Shown one piece after another: positions 1 to 9,538 of a DNA stretch of 48,908 nt (position 1 is the stretch's first letter; each line of letters starts with the position of its first letter). The notes under the pieces were generated by a model. The model did no database searches and was not told the origin of the DNA. It saw only the letters and a program-made list of their open reading frames with translations. The position numbers were made by a program, and so were the translations under genes. The stretch is from Roseomonas sp. (GTDB lineage Bacteria > Pseudomonadota > Alphaproteobacteria > Acetobacterales > Acetobacteraceae): assembly GCA_964263755.1 (NCBI GenBank), contig CAXVWQ010000507.1:1-48908 (forward strand), in the 5' to 3' direction.

Positions 1-205
1 CGGCCACGCGGGGGCCGAGGACGTAGCCCCGGTCGTGCAGCCCCGTGACGAGCCCGGCGTCCGCGAGCGCCTTGAGGTAGCGGTAGAGGGTGGAGCGGGT
101 CAGGCCGAAGCGGGCGTGCATCGCCTCGAACGGCAGCGGCGTCCCGGCCTCCTCCAGCGCGTCGAGGATGGCGAGCGCCCTGCCGAGGCTGCTGTCCCCC
201 GCCAT
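1..205 (-). CDS. IclR-family transcriptional regulator, N-terminal part (runs off window edge)
   Basis: Manual translation from ATG at 205: MAGDSSLGRALAILDALEEAGTPLPFEAMHARFGLTRSTLYRYLKALADAGLVTGLHDRGYVLGPRVA, an IclR HTH signature. Not in the ORF track because it has no stop within the window. Confidence 0.85.
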   Translation of the reverse strand, partial: MAGDSSLGRALAILDALEEAGTPLPFEAMHARFGLTRSTLYRYLKALADAGLVTGLHDRGYVLGPRVA

Positions 206-212
206 GCGCGCG

Positions 213-635
213 TCAGGCCGCGTCCGGCGCGGCAGCGCCGTCGTCCGGGGCGCGCCAGCCCAGCCCGCCCTCCTCGATCTCGTGCCGCACGATCGGCCGG
301 ACGGGCGCGAGCAGCCCGGGCACGACCGTCGCGGGAAGGCCGCGCCGCAGGACGAGGGTCTTGCCGGAGGTCGGCGTGATGCCGAGCGAGGCCCGCACGT
401 CGTTCCGGCCCACGAACGCCTCGACCGCCGAACGGGCGCGCGCCACGCCTCCCGGCACCGACCGCGCCTCCCGCAGGAAGGCTCCTCCCGCGCCGGTCAG
501 CACGACGCCGCGCGAGTGCCGGTCGATGAGCTGCGCCCCGAGGGCGGGCTGCGACAGGTTCGGCACGCGCGCAGCCGGGGTCAGGCTGCCCGTCCCGGCA
601 ATCGCCACGAACAACCTGATCTGCCGAAGCGCCAT
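213..635 (-). pseudogene. Internally deleted LysR-family regulator (140 aa), paralog of the LysR at 8324-9265
   Basis: MALRQIRLFVAIAGTGSLTPAARVPNLSQPALGAQLIDRHSRGVVLT...TPTSGKTLV|LRRGLPATVV...GWRAPD aligns to both ends of the 8324-9265 protein, lacking about 11 aa of the HTH and about 166 aa of the effector domain. Confidence 0.8.
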
Positions 636-813
636 GGCCCATCGCGGTTGGGAACGCACCTGATGCCATGGGTGTGGGCGGGCGATGTCGCCGCGGGCAG
701 CCGGGGGGCGTCCCCCAACGCGGCCTCCCGAAACCCGGGCCATCGCGTTCTCGACGACCGCCTCCCCGCCATCGAGCACCGCTACCTGGGACCGGCGTCC
801 GGCGCCCCGGTCG

Positions 814-1887
814 TCAGGACAGCCTGAGAACCCGCTGGAAGTTGCCGCCGAGGATCGCGCGCTTCTCGTCGTCACCCAGGCCCTGCGCCCGCAACACCCG
901 GTCAACGGTGTCGGGCCAGACGTAGGGCATGTCGGAGCCGTAGACGACTTGGCCGGGCCCCATCTCCGCCACGAGGTGGCGGACGCCCTGCTCGGAGAAC
1001 ACCATGCTGTCCGCCATGATCTGATCGCGCAGGTACTCGGAAGGGCGGCGGCGGTTGGTGCAGCCCGTGCTGGGAAACACCTCGCAGGCCGCCTCGACGC
1101 GCCCGAGATAGGAGGGCAGGTAGCCCCCGCCATGCGCGGCGATAATCTTGAGGCCGGGAAAGCGGTCCAGGGTGCCGTCGAAGATCATCCGGCTCAGGAA
1201 CATGGTGGTCTCGAGCGGGTTGCCGATGACGTTGTTGAGCTCGCCGCGTCCGGCCCAGTTGCTCGGCGGCACGAGGTTCCGCGCGCCGTCGGGATGCATG
1301 AACACCGGCACGCCCAGCTCCACGACCTTGGCCCAGAAGGGGTCGAAGCGCGGCGCGGACAGCATCTCGCCCTTGACGTGGCCGCCCACCGAGGCGGCGC
1401 GGGCGCCGAGGTTGCGCACGGCGTGCTCCAGCTGCTCCGCCGCGAGGTCGGGAAACTGCACCGCCGGCGAGGATGCGGGGAGAAAGCGGCCGGGGTAGGC
1501 GCGGCACAGCTCCGCCAGTCCTTCGTCCTGCATGCGGACGACCCGCACCGCGAGGTCGCGGTCGGCATCGTACCACCAGTAGATGTTCACCGAGAGCAGC
1601 GCCACGTCGATGCCGCGCGCGTCCATCGCCGCGATGCGGTTCCCCGCGACCACCAGCGAGGGGGGCGCGATGGGCCGGTCGAAGGGAGTGCCGCGGACCA
1701 GTTCCCTCACCGAGGGAAAGGCGCAGTGGGCGTGCACGTCGCAGACCGGCACGCCGCGGCCGCCCAGGAACACCGGGCGCGGTGAGGCGGGCGCATCCGC
1801 GGCGAGGAGGGGCTTGGTCCCGCAGGAGCAGCCCACGAACACGGCACCCGCCGCCCCGAGCAGCCCGCGACGTCCGATACTGGCCAT
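814..1887 (-). CDS. Amidohydrolase_2-family protein (ACMSD/LigW-like decarboxylase/hydrolase) with twin-arginine-like leader
   Basis: DVHAH, VFMHP, AAHGGG and YGSDMPY metal-binding motifs; leader MASIGRRGLLGAAGAVFVG; AGGAGG RBS upstream of ATG 1887. Confidence 0.85.
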   Translation of the reverse strand: MASIGRRGLLGAAGAVFVGCSCGTKPLLAADAPASPRPVFLGGRGVPVCDVHAHCAFPSVRELVRGTPFDRPIAPPSLVVAGNRIAAMDARGIDVALLSVNIYWWYDADRDLAVRVVRMQDEGLAELCRAYPGRFLPASSPAVQFPDLAAEQLEHAVRNLGARAASVGGHVKGEMLSAPRFDPFWAKVVELGVPVFMHPDGARNLVPPSNWAGRGELNNVIGNPLETTMFLSRMIFDGTLDRFPGLKIIAAHGGGYLPSYLGRVEAACEVFPSTGCTNRRRPSEYLRDQIMADSMVFSEQGVRHLVAEMGPGQVVYGSDMPYVWPDTVDRVLRAQGLGDDEKRAILGGNFQRVLRLS

Positions 1888-2540
1888 CCGGTGTTTCCTC
1901 CTGTTGGTGGTGGTCGAGATGCTTTCAGATCGGGACCGTGCGACCCGCTCCCAGGTCAAGGCCCATCCCCAACTAGCCAGGCAACTCCAGACTGCAACAG
2001 ATCCCCTCGTTCATGTGCCAGGTGTCTCCCGACTTCGGCCGGCGTCAGCGTGGCCGGCGCTGAACTTCAAGTATCACTGACGTGAACGCTCACCGTGCCC
2101 ATCGAACACCACGGCGACGCGCCCGGGAGCGCATGGTCACCAGAGCTTGGCCGAGGGCACCGGCAGCCGCAAGATGCGCGTCGAGTGACGGCCCGACGCT
2201 GCGCGCGTCAGCACGTCCTACATGGAGTGCCAGACCCTCACGATCCGGCACCTGCGACGCTTCGCCCGGCTCACCGACGCCGTCCGCGAGCATGTCGAGG
2301 GCCGCGCGCACATGGGCACGCTCCACAGGTGCCGGCACGATCTCGTGCGCATCGGCGCTCCCCGCTTGTCACTCGGGCGATGGCGGCGGGCGTACGGACC
2401 GGCCGGGGGGCATGGGGGACGTGCTGGCGCTGCTCGCCGCGCGTTCCGAAGGTCCCGCGGACGCCGGACGATTTGAATTACAAATACCATCGAACCCTGC
2501 GGCAGCGGGGGTGCAGGGCTGATGGCCCATGTCCCGGCGA

Positions 2541-3449
2541 TCATCCAGTCGGGCGAGCCAGAAGGCGCGCGGCACCGATCCGCAGGAGTCGCACGAACTC
2601 CGCCGCGGCCGGCGACAGCGACCGGTCCTCCCGGTGGACCACCTCGATCTCGCGCACGATCGAGGGGGCGTCCAGCGGCCGCACGACGAGGGACCGCGCG
2701 GAGGCCGGCCCCAGCGCATAGGGGGGCAGCACCGTGATGCCGAAGCCGGCCTCCACCATGGCGACGACGGTGCCGATCTGATCCAGTTCGAAGGCCGGCT
2801 CCGTATGCAGTCCCGCGGCCTCGTAGCCGCGGTCCACCTGGTCCCGGATGCCGTTCCCGTGGCGCAGCGCGATCAGCGGCAGGCCGGCCAGCTCGGCCCA
2901 GTCCAGCTCCCCGCGCGCGGCGAGCGGGTGGTCAGCCGGGCAGAGCAGGGAGAGCCGGTCGGTGATCAGCGGCACCCGCGCCAGCCTCTCCTCCTGCCGG
3001 AAGGTTCCCACGGCAAGCTCCACCTCGCCATCCCGCACGAGTGCGTTGATCGAGGCGATGGGACGATCCCACAGGGTCACCGAGACGCCGGGGGCGGTCT
3101 GCGCGAAGTCGCGGATCACGCGCGGCAGCAGCGTGGCGGCAAGCAGCGGCGGGGCGCCGATGCTGAGGTGCCCGCGCCGCCGCGCGCCGACGTCGCGCGC
3201 CCGCCGCACGGCCCGGTCGAGCTCACCGGTGAGGCGCCGCGCATCCACGAGGAACTCCGCGGCCGCTTCGGTGAGCTCCACGCGTCGGGTGGTGCGGTCG
3301 AAGAGGCGGAAGCCCAGCTCCGTCTCCAGCTCCCCGACGAGCGCGGACACCATCGGCTGCGCCATGTCCAGCATCCGGGCCGCGCGGGTGAAGCTGTTGG
3401 TCTGCTCGACGGCGACGAAGGCATGAAGCTGACGAAGGTTGATGCTCAA
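2541..3449 (-). CDS. LysR-family transcriptional regulator
   Basis: INLRQLHAFVAVEQTNSFTRAARMLDMAQPMVS...LFDRTTRRVELT HTH and a full effector domain; divergent from the monooxygenase. Confidence 0.93.
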   Translation of the reverse strand: MSINLRQLHAFVAVEQTNSFTRAARMLDMAQPMVSALVGELETELGFRLFDRTTRRVELTEAAAEFLVDARRLTGELDRAVRRARDVGARRRGHLSIGAPPLLAATLLPRVIRDFAQTAPGVSVTLWDRPIASINALVRDGEVELAVGTFRQEERLARVPLITDRLSLLCPADHPLAARGELDWAELAGLPLIALRHGNGIRDQVDRGYEAAGLHTEPAFELDQIGTVVAMVEAGFGITVLPPYALGPASARSLVVRPLDAPSIVREIEVVHREDRSLSPAAAEFVRLLRIGAARLLARPTG

Positions 3450-3479
3450 CGCGTGATACCCACCGGTCCGCTGGATGCG

Positions 3480-3510
3480 TATTCAGATGAATAAGCTATG
3501 AATTCAGATC
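3480..3510. promoter_or_regulatory. Putative LysR operator in divergent promoter
   Basis: AT-rich palindrome TATTCA-GA-TGAATA (3480-3493) followed by ATGAATTCAGAT, about 30-60 bp upstream of the LysR start. Confidence 0.5.
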
Positions 3511-3712
3511 GCAAAAGCGCCTTATCCGATCAATGGCCGATCGCTATCCTGCTTTCACAGGATGACGCCGGTGCGGCCCGGGGCAAGGGAGCACGACTCC
3601 GGGGCTTGGCTGCTGCCACCGCCCCCGCGTGGACGGGGCGCGGCGTCAACGGTTCCGTCCAGCCCGCAGCACTCAGCCCTGGCACCTGTCAGGCCCCGGA
3701 GGAACACGCGCC

Positions 3713-4927
3713 ATGTCGGCCAAGCCAATACGCGCCGCGATCGTCGGCGGTGGCATCGGGGGGCTCGCCGCGGCCTGCGCGCTGCGCCACGGCGGCATCC
3801 AGGTTTCGATCTTCGAGCAGGCGCCGGCGCTGGGTGAGGTCGGGGCCGGCGTCTTCATCTACCCGAACAGCCTGCGCCAGCTCGAGCGCATGGGGCTCGG
3901 CCCTGCGCTCGCGAAGGTCGGCGCCCCTGTCGGTCCCGCCTCGCGCTACTGCCGCATGGATGGCAGCGTCGTCGGCCCGATCGTGATGGCGGACTCCAGC
4001 GGTTGGAACGGCTTCTACGGCATGCACCGGGCCGACCTGCTGGAGGTGCTCGCGGCCGCCCTGCCGCCGGAGAGCATCCACACCGGCCACCGCTGCGTCG
4101 CCCTGCACCAGGAGGGCGGTGCCGCCCGCCTGGAGTTCGCGAACGGCCGTACCGTGGAGGTGGACGTGGTGATCGCGGCCGATGGCATCCAGTCGGCGCT
4201 GCAGCGCTACGTCGTCGATCCCATGGCGCCGGAGTACTCGGGATCGCGCGCCTACCGTGGCCTCGTCGCGCGCGACAGGCTGCCGGGCTGGCTGGACCAA
4301 GCGCACCAGGTCTGGATGGGTGACGGCAAGCACTTCATGGTGTTCCCCGTGCGCCGGGGCGAGCTGCTGAACTACGTCGCCTTCGTTCCCACCAGGAGCG
4401 AGACGGTGGAGTCCTGGTCCGCGGTGGGCGACCGGGACGAGCTGGCCGCCTCCTTCGCCGGCTGGGACGCGCCCGTGACGGAGCTGCTGTCGAAGGTGGA
4501 GAGCTGCTTCTGGTGGGGCCTCTACGACCGCCGGCCGCTGGCCGAATGGACGCGCGACCGCCTCGCCCTCCTCGGCGACGCCGCGCACCCGATGCTTCCG
4601 CACCTGGGCCAGGGCGCCAACCAGGCCATCGAGGACGGCGTCGCGCTTGCCGTGCTGCTGGAGGGGCGGGAGGCGGCGGAGGTCCCGGAAATCCTGCCGC
4701 GCTACGAGCGGCTGCGCCGCGTGCGGACCGACGTGATCCAGGCCGAGGCGCGGCGGAACGGCCTTCGCTACGACTCCCGCACCGGCAGCCTGGAGCAGCG
4801 CGACCGCGAGATCGCCAGTTCGGCGAGGTTTCGGCTGAAGCTCTACGACTATGACGTGGAAGCGGCCGCGCTCGCCCTGCGGGACGGCGGGGACTTCCCC
4901 GCCGAGCTGGAGGCCGCGCTGACTTGA
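3713..4927 (+). CDS. FAD-dependent monooxygenase (group A; salicylate hydroxylase/NicC-like)
   Basis: GGGIGG, AADGIQS and LLGDAAHPMLPHLGQGANQAIEDG fingerprints; GGAGG RBS. Confidence 0.9.
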   Translation: MSAKPIRAAIVGGGIGGLAAACALRHGGIQVSIFEQAPALGEVGAGVFIYPNSLRQLERMGLGPALAKVGAPVGPASRYCRMDGSVVGPIVMADSSGWNGFYGMHRADLLEVLAAALPPESIHTGHRCVALHQEGGAARLEFANGRTVEVDVVIAADGIQSALQRYVVDPMAPEYSGSRAYRGLVARDRLPGWLDQAHQVWMGDGKHFMVFPVRRGELLNYVAFVPTRSETVESWSAVGDRDELAASFAGWDAPVTELLSKVESCFWWGLYDRRPLAEWTRDRLALLGDAAHPMLPHLGQGANQAIEDGVALAVLLEGREAAEVPEILPRYERLRRVRTDVIQAEARRNGLRYDSRTGSLEQRDREIASSARFRLKLYDYDVEAAALALRDGGDFPAELEAALT

Positions 4928-4983
4928 GGCAGGTCGCGCCGTCCGCGGCGGCGGGAGCCGGAACAGGAGAGGGAGGGCATAGG

Positions 4984-5958
4984 ATGAGGCGGCGTGCATT
5001 CGGCGCAGGCCTGTCGGCCCCGGGTCTCTCGGCGCTGCTCCCGCGGCCCGGCCGCGCCCAGGCGGCTTGGCCGGGCAGGGCGGTGCGGATCGTTGTTCCC
5101 TTCCCGGCCGGCGGCACGGCCGATTCGGTCCCGCGCATCGTGGCGGAGGGGTTGCGGACGATGTGGCAGCAGCCCGTCATCATCGACAACCGGCCCGGCG
5201 CGGCGGGCAACATCGGCACCGCGGTCGTCGCGAACGCGGAGCCGGACGGCCACACGCTTCTGGCGGCGCCGCCCCCGTCGCTCGCCATCAACCAGCACCT
5301 CTACGCGCGGCTCAATTTCGACCCCGGCCGGCTTCGCCCCATAACGGTCATGGGCACCTCACCGAACGTCGTCGAGGTCTCGAGGAGGCTCGCGGTGACG
5401 AGCTTGAAGGATCTGATCGACCTGGCGAAGGCGAGGCCCGGCGGCATCAACGCCGCCAACCAGGGAATGGGCACCACGTCCCATCTCACGGCCGCGATGT
5501 TCGAGGCGGCCGCCGAAATCCGGTTCAACCACGTGCCCTACACCGGCACCGCGCCCGCGCTGAACGATCTCGTCGCGGGGCATGTGGACCTCTTCTTCGA
5601 CAATCTCTCCTCCTCCCTCTCCTTCCACCAGTCGGGCGCCACCCGGATCCTCGCGGTGTGCCAGGCCGAGCGCGCACCGCAGTTGCCCGATGTGCCGACC
5701 GTCTCCGAGGCGGGGCTGCCCGGCTTCTCCGCCATCGCGTGGTACGCCATCATGGCGCCTCCCGGCACGCCGGACGCGGTCGTCGGGAAGGTGAACCGGG
5801 ACGCGGTCTCGGTCATCGGGCAGCCGGAGGTCCGGAAGCGGTTCGTCGAGCAGGCCGTGAATCCGGTCGCGAACTCGCCGCAGGAGGCCGCCGCCTTCAT
5901 CGCCGCCGAATCGCGCCTCTGGGGCGAGGCCGTGCGCCAGACGGGGCTGCAACTCTGA
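4984..5958 (+). CDS. Bug/TctC tripartite tricarboxylate transporter substrate-binding protein
   Basis: WPGRAVRIVVPFPAGGTAD, IIDNRPGAAGNIG, PDGHTLL, HVPYTGTAPA, PDVPT motifs. Confidence 0.93.
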   Translation: MRRRAFGAGLSAPGLSALLPRPGRAQAAWPGRAVRIVVPFPAGGTADSVPRIVAEGLRTMWQQPVIIDNRPGAAGNIGTAVVANAEPDGHTLLAAPPPSLAINQHLYARLNFDPGRLRPITVMGTSPNVVEVSRRLAVTSLKDLIDLAKARPGGINAANQGMGTTSHLTAAMFEAAAEIRFNHVPYTGTAPALNDLVAGHVDLFFDNLSSSLSFHQSGATRILAVCQAERAPQLPDVPTVSEAGLPGFSAIAWYAIMAPPGTPDAVVGKVNRDAVSVIGQPEVRKRFVEQAVNPVANSPQEAAAFIAAESRLWGEAVRQTGLQL

Positions 5959-5989
5959 TGGCCTTCTCACGGCCGGAGCAGGCGTCACC

Positions 5990-6199
5990 ATGATCATGCG
6001 GGGTGGGAGCGACGTCACCCGTGCCCTCACCGGCCGGTTCCGGCCCCCTGAGGGGCCGCACCCGACCGCATCGGACGTGGAGGGGACCTGGGATTCGCTC
6101 GACCACGCCTTCGATGGAGCCGAGCCACGCGCGGCTGCCTCGCCCACCCGTACCCTAGCCCGCGGCGACGGTCCCGAGAGACGAGAGGTGCCCGAATGA
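5990..6199 (+). pseudogene. Possible remnant of a 4,5-dihydroxyphthalate-decarboxylase-like gene
   Basis: SDVTRALTGRFRPPEG...HAFDGAE resembles YDRVLPLYTGEVKPDG...QAFDVAE at the N-terminus of the 26725-27702 protein; short and degenerate. Confidence 0.35.
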
Positions 6200-7269
6200 T
6201 AGTCGAAAGCTGGTTCCGGAACCTGGCATCGCGGGCGGGCGAGCCGCCCCGGATCCGCCGCGGGCACGACCTTGCCCCGCGGAGCGCCTCTGCCGCCGGT
6301 GGTCGCCGCACGCTGCTCGGTGCGGCCCTCGCCGCCACCGCGCCGCCCCTCCTCTGCCGCCGCGCGGCCGCGCAGGCGGCCGGGCCCACGACGATCGTCG
6401 TTCCCGTCACGCCGGGCACGCCGCAGGACACGCTCGCGCGGCTTCTCGCGCTTTTCCTGCAACGCCGCTTCGGGAGCCCCGTGGTGGTGGAGAACCGGCC
6501 AGGGGCCAGCGGCAACATCGGCACGCAGCACGTCGCCCGCGCGGCGCCGGACGGCCGCACGCTCCTCGTCCAGGCCTCGCCGCTCGTCGTGAACCCGTCG
6601 CTGTTCCGCGGCCGGATGGATTACGACCCCGTGCGCGGCTTCACGCCGATCGCCCTCCTCGGGACGAGCTTCGTCGTGCTCGTCGTCCGCCCCGACCTGC
6701 CGGCGGACGATGTCCGCGGCCTCGTGGAGCTCGCGCGCGCCCGCCCCGGCGCGCTCGACTACGCCACCCCGGGCAACGGCACCGCGCCGCACCTCGTGAT
6801 GACGCTGTTCGCGCGCAGCGCAGGGATCGAGCTGACCCACATTCCCTACAGCGGCACCGCGCCCTCGGTGCAGGACCTGATCGGGCGCCGGGTCGCGACC
6901 GCGATGCTGCCCTTTCCCGTGGCGCTGCCCCTCGTGGAGACCGGGCGGGTCCGCGTCCTCGGCGTCGCGGCGCGGCAGCGGTGGGAGGGGATGCCGGCGG
7001 TGCCGACCCTCGACGAGGCGGGGTTCCCGCTGGCGAACCCGGAGCTTTGGTATGCCCTCCTCGGCCCGCCCGGCATGGCCCCGGACCTCGTCGCCCGCCT
7101 GAACGAGGCGGTGAACGCATGGCTGCCGGAGCCGGCGACGCGGGAAGCGATGCGCATGGGCGCCATCCGCCCGACCGGCGGCACGCCGGAGGAGGCGCGC
7201 GCCCACATCGCCGGGCAGTTCGAGTTCTGGCGCGGCGTGATCGCGCGCGAAGGCATCTCGGCAGATTGA
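6196..7269 (+). CDS. Bug/TctC substrate-binding protein
   Basis: IVVPVTPGTPQD, VVENRPGASGNIG, PDGRTLL, HIPYSGTAP; GRRTLLGAA leader; start uncertain. Confidence 0.9.
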   Translation: MIVESWFRNLASRAGEPPRIRRGHDLAPRSASAAGGRRTLLGAALAATAPPLLCRRAAAQAAGPTTIVVPVTPGTPQDTLARLLALFLQRRFGSPVVVENRPGASGNIGTQHVARAAPDGRTLLVQASPLVVNPSLFRGRMDYDPVRGFTPIALLGTSFVVLVVRPDLPADDVRGLVELARARPGALDYATPGNGTAPHLVMTLFARSAGIELTHIPYSGTAPSVQDLIGRRVATAMLPFPVALPLVETGRVRVLGVAARQRWEGMPAVPTLDEAGFPLANPELWYALLGPPGMAPDLVARLNEAVNAWLPEPATREAMRMGAIRPTGGTPEEARAHIAGQFEFWRGVIAREGISAD

Positions 7270-7286
7270 GAGAGGGCAGGACGCGA

Positions 7287-8180
7287 ATGATCCAGGTTTC
7301 CGGCATCGGGCATCTCACGCTCGAGACGCCCGACCTCGGGCGCAAGCTCGACCATTTCACCCGCGTGATCGGACTGGCGGTGACCCATCGCGAGGCCGAC
7401 GCCGTCTGGCTCGCCTGCCCCGGCGACCGCCATTCCCTCGTGCTGCGCCGCGGCCCGGAGGCGCGTCCCGTCCGGCTCGCGCTGCAATTGCCGCCCGGGA
7501 GCGATCCTGAGGCGGTGGTGCGGAACCTCCGCGGGCACGGGCTGACGGCGGAGCGACGCACGGATGCCGGGCCGGACCTGCCGGAGGTCGTCTCCTTCAC
7601 CGACCCGAACGGGCTGGCCGTGGACCTGTGTCCCCAGCGCGAGGCGCCGGATGGCCGCCCGCAGGCCGCGGGCGCGGTCCTGCCGGCCAAGCTCGGCCAC
7701 GTCGCCTTCTTCGTGCCCGACCCGCAGGCGACGGTGCGATTCTACTGCGACGTGCTGGGCTTCCGCGTCTCCGACTGGATCGGCGACTTCTTCGCCTTCC
7801 TCCGCTGCAACCCGGATCACCACACGCTCAACTTCTTCCGGCGCGAGGGCCCGCTCGGCCTCCATCACCTCGCCTTCGAGTTGCGCGACTGGGGCCACGT
7901 GAAGGACGCGCTCGACACCCTCGGCCGCGCCCGCGTTCCCCTCACCTGGGGTCCCGGCCGCCACGGCGCCGGCCACAACATCTACACCTACCACGACGAT
8001 CCCGACGGCGTGTCCGTCGAGCTCTTCACCGAACTCGACAGGATGAGCGACGAGGCCTCCGGGAGCTTCGACCCGCGCCCCTGGCACGAGGACTCGCCGC
8101 AGCGCCCGAAGGTGTGGGAGCCCGGCATCGCCGCGACGAACATGTGGGGCATCCCCAAGCCGCCCCGGCCGCACGCGTGA
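7287..8180 (+). CDS. Two-domain VOC protein, extradiol (catechol 2,3-type) dioxygenase-like
   Basis: IGHLTL; KLGHVAF, DHHT, LHHLAF and GPGRHGAGHNIYTYHDDPDGVSVE give the His/His/Glu metal triad pattern. Confidence 0.85.
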   Translation: MIQVSGIGHLTLETPDLGRKLDHFTRVIGLAVTHREADAVWLACPGDRHSLVLRRGPEARPVRLALQLPPGSDPEAVVRNLRGHGLTAERRTDAGPDLPEVVSFTDPNGLAVDLCPQREAPDGRPQAAGAVLPAKLGHVAFFVPDPQATVRFYCDVLGFRVSDWIGDFFAFLRCNPDHHTLNFFRREGPLGLHHLAFELRDWGHVKDALDTLGRARVPLTWGPGRHGAGHNIYTYHDDPDGVSVELFTELDRMSDEASGSFDPRPWHEDSPQRPKVWEPGIAATNMWGIPKPPRPHA

Positions 8181-8308
8181 GAGCGGTCGTCATCCGCTCC
8201 TTCGGAGAGCCGGAGGTGATGCGGGTGGCGCCAGCCGTCATGTCTGAACCGATCCTGGATCCGAGGACGGGACCGTGGTCGCGGACGGAGGTTCTGTGCA
8301 GGGCCTGA
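8177..8308 (+). pseudogene. 5' remnant of an MDR/quinone oxidoreductase gene
   Basis: GTG overlapping the VOC stop (GTGA); VRAVVIRSFGEPEVMRV matches MRAMVLRRFGPPEVLCP of the intact gene at 10582, then similarity ends. Confidence 0.6.
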
Positions 8309-8323
8309 CACGTGGCCCGGGGA

Positions 8324-9265
8324 TCACGCCCCCCTTCCCGCGTCGGGCGAGCGCCAGCCGTACGCGCCGTCGTCGATCTTGCGTTGCGCGATCGGACGGA
8401 CGAGGGCGAGAAGGCGCAGGACCACCGTGCTCGGCAGGTTGCGCCGCATCACGAGGGCAAGGGTGCGGTGGATCGGCGGGGCCACGACGCGGCGGGCCCC
8501 CATCAACCCTTGCGCGATCTCCTCCATGAACAGGCCGTAGGGAACGACGGTGCAGTGGGTGCGCTGCATGATGAGCGCCCGCTTCACCTCGGCGGGCTCC
8601 ACGTCGATCCGGATGTTCAGGCGCACGCCGGCCGATGCCGCGGCCTCTTCGATGATGCGGCGGGCGCCGTGGAAGCGGTGGTCCAGCACCAGGGGAAGGT
8701 TCGCGGCCTCCGACAGGGGGATCGGTCCCGCCGCGCGGTCCACCAGGTCCGGGGCGCCGACGAGGAAGAGATCCTCCTCGTAAAGCGGGTGGACCATCAG
8801 TGCCTCGTGCGGCTCGGGATCGTAGCAGAACGCGGCGCCGAGCTCGCCGCCGGACAGCAGGCTTCGCCGATGGTCGTCCGAAAGGCCCGGCCGCAGGTGC
8901 AGCCGCAACTCCGGCAGCCGCGCCGCGCCCTCCGTCAGCAGGTCCGGCACGAGGGTGCGACCGGACGTCGGCGTGAAGCCGAGCACCACCTGCAACTCGA
9001 TGCGGCCCAGGAAGGGCTCCACCGCGCCGTGGGCCCGGTCCACGGCGGAGAGCACGGCCCGCGCCTCGGCCAGGAAGGCGTGCCCAGCAGGGGTGAGCAC
9101 GACGCCGCGCGAGTGTCGGTCGAGCAGGCGCACGCCGAGTTGCGCCTCCAGGTTCTTCGCGTGGGCGCCGAGCGCGGGCTGGGACAGGTTCAGGATGCCC
9201 GCGGCAGCGGTGAAGCTGCCCGCTTCCGCGACGGCGACGAAGCAGCGGATCTGCTGCAGCAGCAT
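8324..9265 (-). CDS. LysR-family transcriptional regulator (Nac-like)
   Basis: MLLQQIRCFVAVAEAGSFTAAAGILNLSQPALG...LLDRHSRGVVLT; full-length 313 aa. Confidence 0.92.
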   Translation of the reverse strand: MLLQQIRCFVAVAEAGSFTAAAGILNLSQPALGAHAKNLEAQLGVRLLDRHSRGVVLTPAGHAFLAEARAVLSAVDRAHGAVEPFLGRIELQVVLGFTPTSGRTLVPDLLTEGAARLPELRLHLRPGLSDDHRRSLLSGGELGAAFCYDPEPHEALMVHPLYEEDLFLVGAPDLVDRAAGPIPLSEAANLPLVLDHRFHGARRIIEEAAASAGVRLNIRIDVEPAEVKRALIMQRTHCTVVPYGLFMEEIAQGLMGARRVVAPPIHRTLALVMRRNLPSTVVLRLLALVRPIAQRKIDDGAYGWRSPDAGRGA

Positions 9266-9538
9266 GGGGCGACGGGACTTTGCTTCCGTGGGCGTCCTCT
9301 GGGGCCCGGAAGCTAGGGCATTTCCGGGCGGGATGGTATCGCCCGGCGGACCGGAAGGACCCGCCTCCGCCCGGCGGCCGGGCCAGCCATGCAGAAGCGG
9401 CGCCTATAGCTTTCATTCGCCCTCGCCCCTGGCAGGGCGTCGAGCGCCCATAGTAGTCCCGGGGCAGCGCCGAAACCCGAAGAAGCCAGCCTGTTCCATG
9501 GGAGGATCCCTCGTGACGCGAATGCCTCGCCGACCCTG

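Noticed and set aside
2090-2476. Short ORFs on both strands between the amidohydrolase and LysR
   Set aside because: No recognisable family motif or RBS; cannot support a gene call.
3713-4927. Assigning a specific substrate (e.g. 3-hydroxybenzoate 6-hydroxylase) to this or the 31107 monooxygenase
   Set aside because: Only family-level FAD fingerprints are visible; the QY motif I associate with 3HB6H is absent.
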